A program made the translations under genes and the position numbers. Below the pieces are notes generated by a model. It did no database searches. It worked only from the letters and a program-made list of their open reading frames with translations, and was not told the origin of the DNA. A stretch of 64,000 nt of DNA from the NCBI RefSeq assembly GCF_009914755.1, contig NC_060932.1, one strand, 5' to 3'. Of the stretch, positions 28,844 through 45,973 are shown piece after piece. Position 1 is the first letter of the stretch. Each line of letters opens with the position of its first letter. Source of the stretch: the human T2T-CHM13v2.0 reference genome, Homo sapiens.

Positions 28844-29799
28844 TACTGGGGGAACCCACCCCAATAATTCAACGTTATTTCACGTAGATTCTTTTCTATT
28901 TCCCTAAGTGTCGGTCAGTCTGAGAAATAAAGAGAAAGAGTACAAAAGAGAAAAATTTTAAAGCTGGGTGTCTGGGGGAGACATCACATGTTGGCAGGTT
29001 CTGTGATGCCCCCGAGCTGTAAAACCGGCAAGTTTTTATTAGCAATTTTCAAAGGGGAGGGAGTGTACAAATAGGGTGTGGGTCACAGAGATCACATGCC
29101 TCAAGGGTGACAAAAGATCACAAGGCAGAAGGTCAGGGCAAAACTAGAATCACTAATGAACTTCCATGCCCCACTGTGCACACATTGTCAGGGTTCAAGA
29201 GCAGAGAACAAGTCTGACTAGAATTTCCCAGGCTGGAATTTCCTAATCCTAGCAAGCCTGGGGGCGCTGCAGGAGACTAGGGCGTGTTTCATCCCCATCT
29301 ACATCTGCATAAGGCAGACATTCCTAGGACGGCCATTTTAGAGGCCCCACCCTGGGAATGCATTCTTTTCCTGGAGCTGTTAATTATTAATATTCCTTGC
29401 TGGGGAAAGAATTCAGTGATATTTCTCTTACCTGTTTTTGGTAATAAGAGAAATATGGTTCTGTCCTGCCCGGCCCACAGGCAGCCAGACTTTAAGGTTA
29501 TCTCCTTTGTTCCCTAAAAATTGCTGTTATCCTGTTCTTAAGGTGCCCAGATTTCATATTGTTCAAACACACATGCTCTACAAACAATTTGTGCAGTTAA
29601 CGCAGTCATCACAGGGTCCTGAGGTGACATACATCCTCAGCTTATGAAGATGATGGGATTAAGAGATTAAAGACAGGCATAGGAAATTAGAAAAGTATTA
29701 ATTTGGGGAACTAATAAATGTCCATGAAATCTTCACAATTTATGTTCTACCATGGCTTCAGCCAGTCCCTCTGTTCGGGGTCCCTGACTTCCCGTAACA
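28844..29799 (-). mobile_element. MER11 (HERV-K11/ERVK) solo LTR, MER11A-like
   Basis: Minus strand starts TGTTACGGGAAGTCAGGGACCCCGAACAGAGGGACTGGCTGAAGCCATGG; 6-bp TSD ATTGTC (28838-28843, 29800-29805). Confidence 0.92.
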
Positions 29800-31767
29800 A
29801 TTGTCTTTTATCCATAGTGTTTGAGCAGTTTATATATACAATTTTATTTCATTCTCACAGCCAGCTTGTGATGTATGTATCAATATTTTTTCATTTAATA
29901 AATGAGGAAACAGTGTTTCAGAAAGTTTTAGGAGTTCTTCAGAGTTGCACAGCTAGTAGCCATTCAACTGGAACTTGGACCTAAGATTTCTAACCACAAA
30001 TAATCTCTCCATGTGGCACTTTTCTTCAAATAGACAACTAACATCAGAACTGCTAACTTAAAGAGCATTTGATTCTTGGGCCCATTCTCCATCTTATTGC
30101 AGTTTTGCCCTGGTGAAAAAACTATGTGCAGGCATTGAAAATGCTTTCCAACAACCCTGTTCTCCAAGGTCTGATTTTTCTTTTTTCTTTTTTTCCCCCT
30201 TCACACAGTGAGAAAAGCTAATTGAAATTCATGCTGTGGTCTTATGAACTATGAGTCAGAAGAAAGAAACACTTAATCACTTAATGCAATTATTGTCTTT
30301 TCCAGTAAGAAAAGGGAATAGGATCAGGGTGGGGGTGCAGAGAAGAGACGAATGTGCAAGATTTTTTATGGGAAACCCTTTGAAAACATGACTCCTTGAT
30401 CTTTGCAGTTTTTGTCATCCTGTGTAACTCAATGTGCTCTTTTCTTATGCTCTGTTTAATAAAGAGGAAGCTAGCTGACTGAAGTTCTGCATCTACTTTG
30501 GTGTCAGAAAACACAGTTAGGTGTGTCTGTGGACCATAATTCATTGGTCGAGCCAGGTCTTCTTATGAGTCTATCTCACTGGGATGATGGTCACCAAGAC
30601 CAATATGGGGTACCTGGGTTCCCTCTATATTGTTAATGCCCCCAAGTTAGATGTGTTTCTAAGAGTCAAGCTTAACTCCCTAGAAAGATAGACACTGTCT
30701 TTGACTACTTTTTGTGTATCACCTTTCCCATCACCTGTTCTCTTCCTCTGGAGTTAGGCTTCAAAGTCATGGTCTATGACACAACTTGCATGTAGTAACA
30801 ATTACTCTAGAACAATCTTTCAAATTCTCCCCTAAGGAACACACCATAGGAATTTACGCATAGCGCACCATCCTAGTAAGTCCAATGCAAGCCAGATTTT
30901 TCCTTCAGTGTTGAAAGAAATTTCTGTTTCCTTGGTTTTCTGCCAGATGAAGTGGCTGGCTTGTGCTTAGAACCATGTGGTCTAAATAGGTTTATTTATT
31001 ATTTTTACTTGGCTTTGCATATTTGAATTTGCACTAGTTAAATGTCATTACTTTGTACCTGCTATATGTGCCACATGTTGAAGATAACTGATATGAACAT
31101 GTTGAGCTATCCTGTGATTAAGGCAGAAGGGTTAGGCTATTGTGTACTGCCAAGGATGTCACACAGTAGGGAGGAATTACAGGCAAGGAACATTTTACAA
31201 CTTGGACAGCTCTTGCATTAGAGTTCCCTGAACTTCCTTTGCTGCATGATAGATAAAATAGTATATCATGTTCTGTCATTAACCATTGACTCATTTACTC
31301 TGCCTAGTAACAGCTCTCTCAAAGTTGTTTGTTCTTTATCTGTGGGGAGAAAATTTATGTTCTCTGTGTTTATGAAGGATTGTGTTTATGTATGAGATAT
31401 AAATCCTGTATAGCTAGCATTTTGTAAAGGAATCAGGATATAGAAGACTTACATATTTCAGTGTGGATTTAGAATATGTGCCGCTTATTTTTTAACTCTA
31501 GATAGTGTGACTTTGGAGACATCACAAACTTTTTAGGCCTCAATTCCTTTATTTATTTGTTATTGCTAAATGCTTTGTAATCAAATAGAATTTTCTTGCA
31601 TACATATTGAAAGAACTGTTTTAGACTTAGCTGGACATTAATTCTTTCATCATATAACACTCTTGTGCATATATTAAAAGGAAAATACAAATTGAGGTAT
31701 TCTTAAAAGTGTTTTGTATTCAGAATCTATCCTTACTGAATCACTCTTTGACTCAGAGTTGTTGAAG

Positions 31768-33804
31768 TTTTTTTTTTTTTTCAACAATAATTTTAGATTC
31801 ATGGGGCACATATGCAGGTTTGTTATCTGGGTACATTACATGATGCTGAGGTTTGGGTAACAAATGATCCCATCACCCAAATACTGAGCATGGACCAATA
31901 GTTGGTTTTTAATCCCTTGCCTCTTGCCCTCCTCTAGTAGTCCCCACTGTCTGTTGTTACCATCTTTCTGTCCATGAGTACCCAGTGTTTAGCTCCCACT
32001 TATAACTGAGAACGTGTAGTATTTGGTTTTCTATTCCTGCATTAATTCTCTTAGGATAATGCCCTCTAGTTGCATCCATGTTGCTGCAAAGGTCATTATT
32101 TCATTTTTATTTTTATGGCTGCTTAATATTCCATTATATATCTATACCGACCTATCTATATATATATCTCATATTTTCTTTAATTTGCCATTTATGGGCA
32201 CCTAGGTTAATTCCATGTCTGCTATTGTGAATAGCACAACAATGAACATGTGAATACATGTGTCATTTTGGTAGAACAAATTATTTTCCTCAGCAAACTC
32301 AGTAATGAGGTTGCTGGGTTGAGTGGCAGTTCTGTTTTATTTGAGAAATCGCCAAACTGCTTTCCACAGTGACTGAACTAATTTGCACTCCCACCAACAG
32401 TATATAAGTGTTCTGTTTCTACACATCTGTTGTTTTTTGACCTTCCAATTATAGCTATTCTGATGGGTGTAAGATGGTATCTCATTGTAGTTTTGATTTG
32501 CTTTCCTCTGATGATTAGTGATGTGGAACTTTTTTTTAAATATGTTTGGCTACTTTTACGTTTTCTTTTGAGTTTTTGTTCATGTCTTTTGCCCATTTTT
32601 TAATGGGGTTATTTGTTTTTTTGATTACTGTTTAAATTCCATATAGATTCTAGACATTACACCTTTGTCAAATCCATAGTTTGCAAATATTTTCTCCCCA
32701 ATTTGTAGGTTGTCTGTTTACTTTGTTCATAGCTTCTTTTGTTGTGTAGAAGCTCTTTAGTTTAATTAAGTTCCACTTACCAATTTTTGTTTCTGTTGCA
32801 ATTGCTTTTGAAGACTTACGCATAAATTCTTTCCCAAGGCTGATGGGCAGAATGCTGTTTTCTAGATTTTCTTCTAGGATTCTTATAGGTTGAGATCTTA
32901 CATTTAAACCTTTAATTTATCTTGAGTTAATTTTTTTGTATGGTGAAAATTAGGGGTCCAGTTTCATTCTTTTACATATGGCTAGCAAGCTATCCCATTG
33001 CCACTTATTGAATAAGGAGTCTTTTCCCCATTGCTTATGTTTGTCAACTTTGTCAAATATTAGATGGTTGTAGCTATGCAGTTTTATTTTTGAGTGCTCT
33101 ATTCTCTTCCATTGGTCTATGTGTCTGTTTTTGTACCAGTAACATGTTGTTTTGGTTACTGTATCCTTGTAATGTAGTTTGAAGTGGAGTAAAGTGATGC
33201 CTCTGGCTTTGTGCTTTTTGCTTAGGAGTCTTTGGGTCTCTAGGTATAGAATTAAAGCCTCTGTAAAGAGAGATAGTTTGAATTCTTTGTTTCCTATTTG
33301 GATGCCTTTTATTTCCTTCTCTTGCCTAATTACTCTGCCTAACACTTCCAGTACTATATTGAATAGGAGTGGTGAGAGTGGGCATCCTTGTCTCGTTCCA
33401 GTTCTCAAGGGTAATGCTTCCAGTTTTGCCCATTCATTATGAAATTAGTTGTGGTTTGTCATAGATGACTGTTATTATTTTAAGGTATGTTCCTTCAATG
33501 CTTAGTTCCTTGAGGGTTTTTATCACAAAAGGATGTTGGATTTTATCAAAAGGTTTTTTTTTTCATATCTATTGAGATAATCACATGATTTTTGCTTTTA
33601 ATTATGTTTATGTGGTAAATTATATTTATTGATTTGCATATGTTGAACCAACCTTGCATCCCAGGAATAAAGCCTATTTTAACATGGTGAATGAACTTTT
33701 TGATGTGCTGTTGAATTTGGTTTGCTGCTATTTCATTCAGGATTTTTGTATCTATGTTTATCAGGGACATTGGCCTCTAGTTATCTTTTTTCATTGTGTC
33801 TTTG
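31768..33804 (-). mobile_element. 5'-truncated older L1PA (PA15/16-like) with internal deletion
   Basis: Poly(T) at 31768-31781; ORF2 fragments ([36 protein letters not shown]); ~440-bp deletion near 33225 by comparison with the full-length L1. Confidence 0.9.
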
Positions 33805-33984
33805 CTCTATTTCTTTACTTGTAAAATGGAGATACAAGTACTTGCTTCATAAATTTTAGATTTGTTGTAAAGATTAAATAAAACAACATGTGGGAAAGCA
33901 CTTATGTGAAATGAGTGGGACTGCTGAGATGTTTAATTTCCTAGGATGAATATATGAATTTTTGTTATACTTTTAGGACACTAT

Positions 33985-34125
33985 TTTTTCTCCTTGATAT
34001 GAGGTCTTTCTATTTTGTTCAGGGTGGTCTTGAGCTGGTCTTGAACTCCTGGGCTCAAATGATTCTCCCACCTCACTTTCCTGAGTCGCTAAGGCTACAG
34101 GTGTCTTCTGTTGCACCCAGCTTAG
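33985..34125 (-). mobile_element. FLAM/AluJ monomer fragment
   Basis: GCTGGTCTTGAACTCCTGGGCTCAAATGATTCTCCCACCTC. Confidence 0.7.
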
Positions 34126-34667
34126 GATACTATTTTGAACTATTTATTGATATTTCTAGGGATGAAAAGCTTTTTTAAATATTAGAACAAACTACTCCAT
34201 TTTAAGAAAAACCAATTAAGGGAAAAAGAAACCCAACTAACTGTATTAGACGGTATTAGGAAGATTTTACGAACACAAAGGACAAGGAGCATCAATATGG
34301 AAGAAGATTTTAAAACAAAATTTAAAATAATCACAGCACTAAGGCTATTAGTACTTATTGTTAAGTAAAGATTATAACTCTCTTGGATGATGCAGAGGAA
34401 CTTTGACCAAAGAATTGAGTGGATATGTATGAAATATCAGTTTGTAATATGTGGCATGGAAAATGGGTAATGAACAAAAGGGACTTTACAGTGCATACCT
34501 TTGTGTAGCCTCCAGGATTTGGATAGTAAGGAAGATTTGTAGCATCTGTGACTGTGTCACACTTTTCATAAATTTATTGTTTTCAAAGATGGTTGGTCTG
34601 CTTTTGGGAGTACTATGTTACTACAGCCATGTTTTGATAATATATTACTCATCCACGTCATCAGATA

Positions 34668-34964
34668 ATTTTTTTTTTTTTTTTTTGAGACGGAGTCTCG
34701 CTCTTTCACCCAGGCCGGACTGCAGTGGCGGTATCCCGGCTCACTGCAAGCTCCTCCTTCCGGGTTCATGCCATTCTCCTGCCTCAGCCTCCTGAGTAGC
34801 TGGGACTACAGGTACCCGCCACCGCGCCTGGCTAATTTTTTGTATTTTTAGTAGAGATGTGGTTTCACCATGTTAGCCAGGATGGTCTCGATCTGATCTC
34901 GTAATCCGCCCACCTCGGCCTCCCACAGTGCTGGGATTACAGGCATGAGCCACCGAGCCCAGCC
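34668..34964 (-). mobile_element. AluY
   Basis: CAGGCCGGACTGCAGTGGCG...GCAAGCTCC; TSD TCATCAGATAATTTT. Confidence 0.94.
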
Positions 34965-37900
34965 ATCATCAGATAATTTTATTATCTCTATGGCACTGTA
35001 TTACCTTCATGGGGTAACTGGAGTAGGATACTAATTCATCAATTGGGTGGGCAGATGCACTAATATATACTCCACCCTTATAGATGCAATAAGAGAAAGG
35101 GGAATAGGCTTTGTTCATTTTGCCTTAAGATCTGGCAAACTTCCTAGTGGTTCAGATCATCATTCAATACTACAAATAGAAAGAACCTTAAGGAACTTTT
35201 AGACATTTTTTTTTCATTTTATGTGTACAAAAAGTACCAAGAAAGGATACTTGCCTAAGGTCACATAGCTAATTTGTTAGAGTTTAGCTTTTCTCTTTGC
35301 TCAGCTAGGATTCAACAGAAAAATAAAATGAAAATTGAAATATGATAAAATAAATTTGGTACTGTCATTTTCTGGTTTGACTGACCACATTGATCTAGTT
35401 AGTTGTGAACTTGCCAAGTTTCTATATTACCTTCAGCTATGAAGGAAACCTGCTGGCATTTACCTTAGAAATATGAGCTTTCTGTGAGTAAAATAACATT
35501 AAAGTTTATTTTATTGTATTAAAGCAACAAGAACATATTTCCTAAAAGAAAGGTCAGTTATAATGCAGCTATGAAAAGAAAAGTCCAGAAAAGATTATTG
35601 TTTTCTAACATGAAATTCTTTCAGTTTTGGAGGGTAGGAATAGCAGTCATTAAAACAGCTTGGAAAATTGTGATTTTGAAGAAAATATTAGGAGCTGTAG
35701 TTATTTAAAATATAACTACAGTGTTTTTTTCCAAGATGGCGGATAGGAGGCAGTGTTAGTGTGCCTCTTCCACTTGGAAGGACAGAATAGTGGGAAGATT
35801 CACACTGGATTTTTTGCCCCCAAAACCACAGAAACTTACCAGGAAAACTGAAAGCATCCATAGAACCTTTGAAAGAAGCAGCAGGCTGCAGCCTACTCTG
35901 TCAGACAGGCAAAAAACAGAGTGTGGGAGGGGGAGAGCCTGCCTCTGAGTAGACATCCCTACCAAGGAACCTGAAAATCCAAATCAGAGGAGAGGGTCTT
36001 ATCCCTGCCCAGAGCTGGAACAGATTTAGGGAGTGGCATGAAATATATAAGTAGAAGCTGCAGCACAAAAGGCCTTGTAGGCGTTCCCAGTCTCTGGTGT
36101 GAGCCCAGAGAAGCCATTTCTGACTATATCTCATAGGGACCCTCAGGGAAGTCAGCAAATGAACACAGGGAGGGGTTACAGGGTGAAAAAAGCCTCCAAC
36201 TGAATTTTGTGATATAATTTTGAGGGGGAAGAACTCCCTTGAACAGAACCCAGGGGTGAGCAGCAATTGCACTGCAGGCATGAATGCAGGAGCTGGGTGC
36301 CTGGCCTTGTGAGCAGATGGGGAGGGACAAGGGCTGAAAGACATGCTTGCTATCTCTGCAGGGGAGCTTATGGCCTGGGGCAGGTCTGAATTCTGTGAAC
36401 ATGCTGCCTGGATCTAAACGTGGCACTGTTGGTGGTGCATTGCAGGAGTGAGACCAGCCTCACCAACTGTGTGGAAGCTGGGTGAGGCTTACTACTGCCT
36501 ACTACTTCCCACTCCCTTTGCACAGCAAAGACAGTTATAATCCCCTCTGGAACATTACCCCAGTGGCCTGAGAACCACCTCTGTCCCTAACAGTGGCCGC
36601 AACAGGCCCTGCCCAAGGATAGTCTGAGCTCAGACTTGCCTAATCCTGCCTCCACCTGATGGTATTTCTCTACCTACCCTGTAGCTTTACATGAAGAACA
36701 TAAACTTTTGGGGGGCTTTATGGCCATCACCTGAGAAGCCAGAATATTTCCCCCGGGCAACTTACGGCAAGCTGAAATCCCATTGCTACTACCAAAGTTG
36801 GAGAAAATGGCTGTGGGATCTCAGTTAACACCACTGCCTGGAACACCCTGGCTAAAAAGAGATCCTGAGTCTGTCCACATGACAAGTTTACAACTAATAT
36901 AACCAGCCTTCAAGAAAGCCAGCACACTAACAGCCTATCTACAGTCAGGAACCTCACGGAGTCTACATCACTCCCCTGCCACCTCCGGTACAGCTGCTGC
37001 TGGTATCCACTGCTAGGTGGCCTGAAGCCAGGTCATATCACTGGATCTTTTGCAGGCATTCCCTAGCACCAGCCTGGAGCCTGGTAGCTCCACTGGGTGG
37101 CTAGACCCAGAATAAGAATCACTGTAGTCTGGCTCTCAGGAAGTACCATTCCTAGGGAAAGGGGGAGAGTATCTCATCAAGGGAATACCCTGTGGGACAA
37201 TAGAATCTGAATAGCAGGTCTTGAGTTCCAGATCTTTCTTATGGTAGGAAGTTTCTTATAGCAGAGACACAATTGCTGTGCTGGCCACAATAGGGAAAAT
37301 CTCCATCTCTACCCCAACAGGCAGGCAGCCTCTGTGATGGTGAAGGGCCTTGGAGAAAGAGTCCTTGTTCCCTGAATTGTACACCACTGCAGACACAGCT
37401 GGGGCTTCTCCCATGAGAATGCAGTGTGGTCGCAGACCCACAAGAGAGATGCTCTCCAGATTTAGGTCTGCATGAGAGGCAGTCACAATTCCTCTCTACT
37501 TGGAACATCGATATCCCTACAGATGAAAGGAGGTGCCTGTGTAATCTGAATAGCCAGAACACTGGAACAGGAGTGAAACTGGGAGGTGGATAGCTTTTCT
37601 GCTGGCCTGGCAGGGGAGCTGAGTTAGTTCCCACCCTTTGCCCTGACAAAACCACAGAACATCTAACTGAGAGCTCCTCCAGGCACCTTCATCAGGGTTG
37701 GGACCTCTGCTCACCATTGGGTATTACATCTACCCACTTGCCTTAGCTATAACCAGTGCCTACCCAGAGATACTCCCCTATTGGCCTGAAGCCTGAATCA
37801 TCAACTCAATAAATAAAATACTGGGGAAAAATTAAGTAAATAAATATATAAATAAAGTATGCATCATGACAGAATGAGATAAGCTTCAAGAGATCCCTGC

Positions 37901-39967
37901 CATTCCAATCCCATAGGAGACAGTGAACTTGTCCACACACCAAGTACATAACTACTACAACCAGCATTTTGGAAAGCCAGCACACAATGACTCTATATAA
38001 TTAAGGAACTCATATAGAATCTTCATTCCTAAAAGTACCAAGAATCAAATTAGGCTAAAATAAATTATAAGCATTGAAGTCAGAAGAAGAAGAAGAGGGG
38101 GAGAGGGAGGAGGAGGGGGAGGAAGAGAGGGAGGGGGAGGAGGAGGAGGAGGAGGAAACAGTTCAATCAAAAATAAATCCAAGGACAATTTGAAGAAATA
38201 GTCTACCCAAATGAGAACGAACCAGAAAAGTACTTCTGGTAATATGACAAAACAGGGTTGTATAGTACCCCCAAAAGATCACACTAGCTCCCTAGCCATG
38301 GATCCATACCAAGAAGAAGTCTCTGAAATGCCAGATAAAGAATTCAGAAACTTGATTATAAAGCTACTCAAGGAGATACTGGAGAAAGGTGAAAACCAAT
38401 GAAAAGAAATTAAAGAAAAAAATCCAGTATATAATGGAAAATTTTCCAGAGGAATATATATCATAAGGAAAAAACAATGAGAACTGTTGAAAATAAAGGA
38501 CACACTTAGGGATATACAAAATACAGTGAAAAGTTTCAACAATAGATTAGAACAAGTGGAAGAAATAATTTAAGAGTTCAAAGGCAAGGCTTTTCACTTA
38601 ACTCAATCAGATAAAGACAAAAAAGAACGAAAAATAAGAATCAAGTCTCCAAGCATCCAAACCTAATTATTAGTGTTCCTGAGAAAGGAGAGACATCTAA
38701 AAGTTTGGAAAACTTATTTGAGGGAGTATTTGAGGAAAAACTTTCCTGGTCACTAGAGATCTAGACATCCAAATACAAGAAACTCACAGAACTCCTGGGA
38801 AATTCATTCCAAAAAGATCATCACCAAGGCACAAATTTATCAGGCTATCTAAAGTTAAGATGAAGGAAAGAATCTTAACAGCTGTGAGACAAAAGCATTA
38901 GGTAATCTATAAAGGAAAGCCTATCAGACTAACAGTGTATTTCTAAGGAGAAACCATATACGCCAGAATGGATTGAAGTCCTATCTTTAGCCTCCTTATA
39001 CAAAAGAACTGTCAGCTAAGAATTTTGTTTCCAGCAAAGCTAAACTACATAAATGAGGGAGAGATAAAGTATTTTTCAGACAAATGCTGACGGAATTTGC
39101 CACTACCAAACAAGCAGTACAAGAAATGTTAAAAGGAGTTTTAAATCTTAAAACAAAAGCTAATTATACATCAAAATAGAACCTTCTTAAAGCATAAATA
39201 TCACGGGGGCTATAAAGCAATAACAATGATCAAAACAAAGTATCTAGGTAACAACTAACATGATGAATAGAATAGTACCTCACATCTCAATATTAATATT
39301 GAATATAAATGGCCTAAATGTTCCACTTAAAAGATACAGAATGGCAGAATAGATAAAAACCCATCAATCAAATATATGCTATCTTCAAGAGACTCACCTA
39401 ACACATAAGCACTCACATAAACTTAGGGGTAAAGGGTAGAAAAATATACTCCACACAGATGGAAACCAAAGTGAGCAGAAGTAGCTATTCTTGTATCAGA
39501 TAAAACAGACTTTAAAGCAACAATGGTAAAAAACAAAATCAAAGAAGGACATTATATAATGATAAAAGGATTACTCCAACAAGAAGATATCAGAATTCTA
39601 AATTATTTGCACCTAATGCTGGAGCTCTCAAATTTACAAAACAATTACTACTCAACCTAAGAAATGAGATAGACAGCAGCACAATAATAGTGGGATACTT
39701 CAGGACTCCACTGACAGGACTAGACAGATCATCAAGACAGAAAGTCAACAAAGAAACAATGGACTTAAACTATACTCTAGAACAAATGGACTTAACAGAT
39801 AGTTACAGAACATTCTTTCCAACAACTGCAGAATATACATTCTATTCATCAGCACATGGAACATTCTCCAAGACAGGCCACAAAACAAGTCTCAATAAGT
39901 TTAAGACAATCGAAATCATATCAGGTCTTTTCTCAGATAACAGTGGAATAAAGCTGACAGCAGCTCC

Positions 39968-39998
<31 letters not shown>

Positions 39999-41069
39999 TC
40001 CTAAACCATACAAATACATGGAAGTTAAATAATTTGCTCTTCGGGGTGGAGCCACAATGGCCAAATAGGAACAGCTCCAGTCTACAACTCCCAGCATGAG
40101 TGACGCAGAAGATGGGTGATTTCTGCATTTCCAAATGAGGTACTGGGTTCATCTCACAGGGGAGTGCCGGACAGTGGGTGCAGGACAGTGGGTGCAGTGC
40201 ACCATGCATGAGCTGAAGCAGGGCGAGGCATCATCTCACCTGGGAAGCACAAGGGGTCAGGGAACTCCCTTTCCTAGTCAAAGAAAGGGGTGACAGATGG
40301 CACCTGGAAAATCGAGTCATTCCCACCCTAATACTGCACTTTTCCAACGGGCTTCACAAACGGCACACCAGGAGATTATATCCTGCACCTGGCTTGGAGG
40401 GTCCTACACCCATGGAGCCTCGCTCATTGCTAGCACAGCAGTCTGAGATCAAACTGCAAGGTAGCAGCGAGGCTGGGGGAGGGGTGCCCACCATTTCTCA
40501 GGCTTGAGTAGGTAAACAAAGCAGCCAGGAAGCTCGAACAGGGTGGAGCCCACCACAGCTCAAGGAGGCCTGTCTGCCTCTGTAGGCTCCACCTCTGGGG
40601 GCAGAGCGCAGACAAACAAAAGACAGCAATAACTTCTGCAGACTTAAATGTCCCTGTCTGACAGCTTTGAAGAGAATAGTAGTTCTCCCAGGAAACAGCT
40701 TGAGATCTGAGAACAGGCAGACTGCCTCCTCAAGTGGGTCCCTGACCCCGGAGTAGCCTAACTGGGAGGCAACCCCCAGTAGGGGCGGACTGACACCTCA
40801 CATGGCTGGGTACTGCTCTGAGACAAAACTTCCAGAGGAACGATCACGCAGCAGCATTTGCGTTTCACCAATATCCACTGTTCTGTAGCCACCACTGCTG
40901 ATACCCAGGCAAACAGGGTCTGGAGTGGACCTCCAGTAAACTCCAACAGACCTGCAGCTGAGGGTCCTGTCTGTTAGAAGGAAAACTAACAAACATAAAG
41001 GACATCCACACCAAAAACCGATCTGTACATCACCATCTTCAAAGACCAAAGGTAAATAAAACCACAAAG

Positions 41070-42085
41070 ATGGGGAAAAAACAGAGCGGAAAACCTGGAA
41101 ACTCTAAAAATCAGAGCGCCTCTCCTCCTCCAAAGGAACACAGCTGCTCACCAGCAACAGAACAAAGCTGGACGGAGAATGACTTTGACAAGTTGAGAGA
41201 GGAAGGCTTCAGAAGATCAAACTATACGAGCTAAAGGAGGAAGTTCGAACCAATGGCAAAGAAGTTAAAAACTTTGAAAAAAAATTAGATGAATGGATAA
41301 CTAGAATAATCAATGCAGAGAAGTCCTTAAAAGACCTGATGGAGCTGAAAACCATGGCACGAGAACTACGTGATGAATGCACAAGCCTCAGTAACCAATG
41401 TCATCAACTGGAAGAAACGGTATCAGCGATGAAAGATGAAATGAATGAAATGAAGCGTGAAGAGAAGTTTAGAGAAAAAAGAATAAAAACAAATGAACAA
41501 AGCTTCCAAGAAATATGGGACTATGTGAGAAAACCAAATCTACGTCTAATTGGTGTACCTGAAACTGATGGGGAGGATGGAACCAATTTGGAAAATACTC
41601 TGCAGGATATTATCCAGGAGAACTTCCCCAATCTAGCAAGGCAGGCCAACATTCAAATTCAGGAAATACAGAGAATGCCACAAAGATACTCCTCAAGAAG
41701 AGCAACTCCAAGGCACATACTTGTCAGATTCACCAAAGTTGAAAAGAAGGAAAAAATGTTAAGGGCAGCCAGAGAGAAAGGTCGGGTTACCCACAAAGGG
41801 AAGCCCATCAGACTAACAGCTGATCTCTTGGCAGAAACTCTGCAAGCCAGAAGAGAGTGGGGACCAATATTCAACATTCTTAAAGACAAGAATTTTCAAC
41901 CCAGAATTTCATATCCAGCCAAACTAAGCTTCATAAGTGAAGGAGAAATAAAATACTTTACAGACAAGCAAATGCTGAGAGATTTTGTCACCACCAGGCC
42001 TGCCCTAAAAGAGCTCCTGAAGGAAGCACTAAACATGGAAAGGAACAACCGGTACCAGCCACTGCAAAAATATGCCAAATTGTAA
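41070..42085 (+). pseudogene. L1 ORF1p (RNA-binding chaperone), frameshifted
   Basis: ATGGGGAAAAAACAG at 41070; C-terminal 248 aa open (…RPALKELLKEALNMERNNRYQPLQ); span is 1 nt short of 338 codons, with the frameshift near 41225. Confidence 0.9.
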
Positions 42086-42148
42086 AGACCATCAAGGCTA
42101 GGAAGAAACTGCATCAACTAACGAGCAAAATAAGCAGCTAACATCATA

Positions 42149-45973
<3,825 letters not shown>

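Noticed and set aside
39968-39995. Long poly(A) tract just upstream of the full-length L1
   Set aside because: Lies inside the host L1PB ORF2, outside the L1PA TSD; most simply an expanded A-run, with no TSD to support a separate insertion.
39916-41067. Antisense ORFs over the L1 5'UTR (EMNPVPHLEMQKSP...)
   Set aside because: Generic L1 5'UTR antisense frames; I could not establish an intact ORF0.
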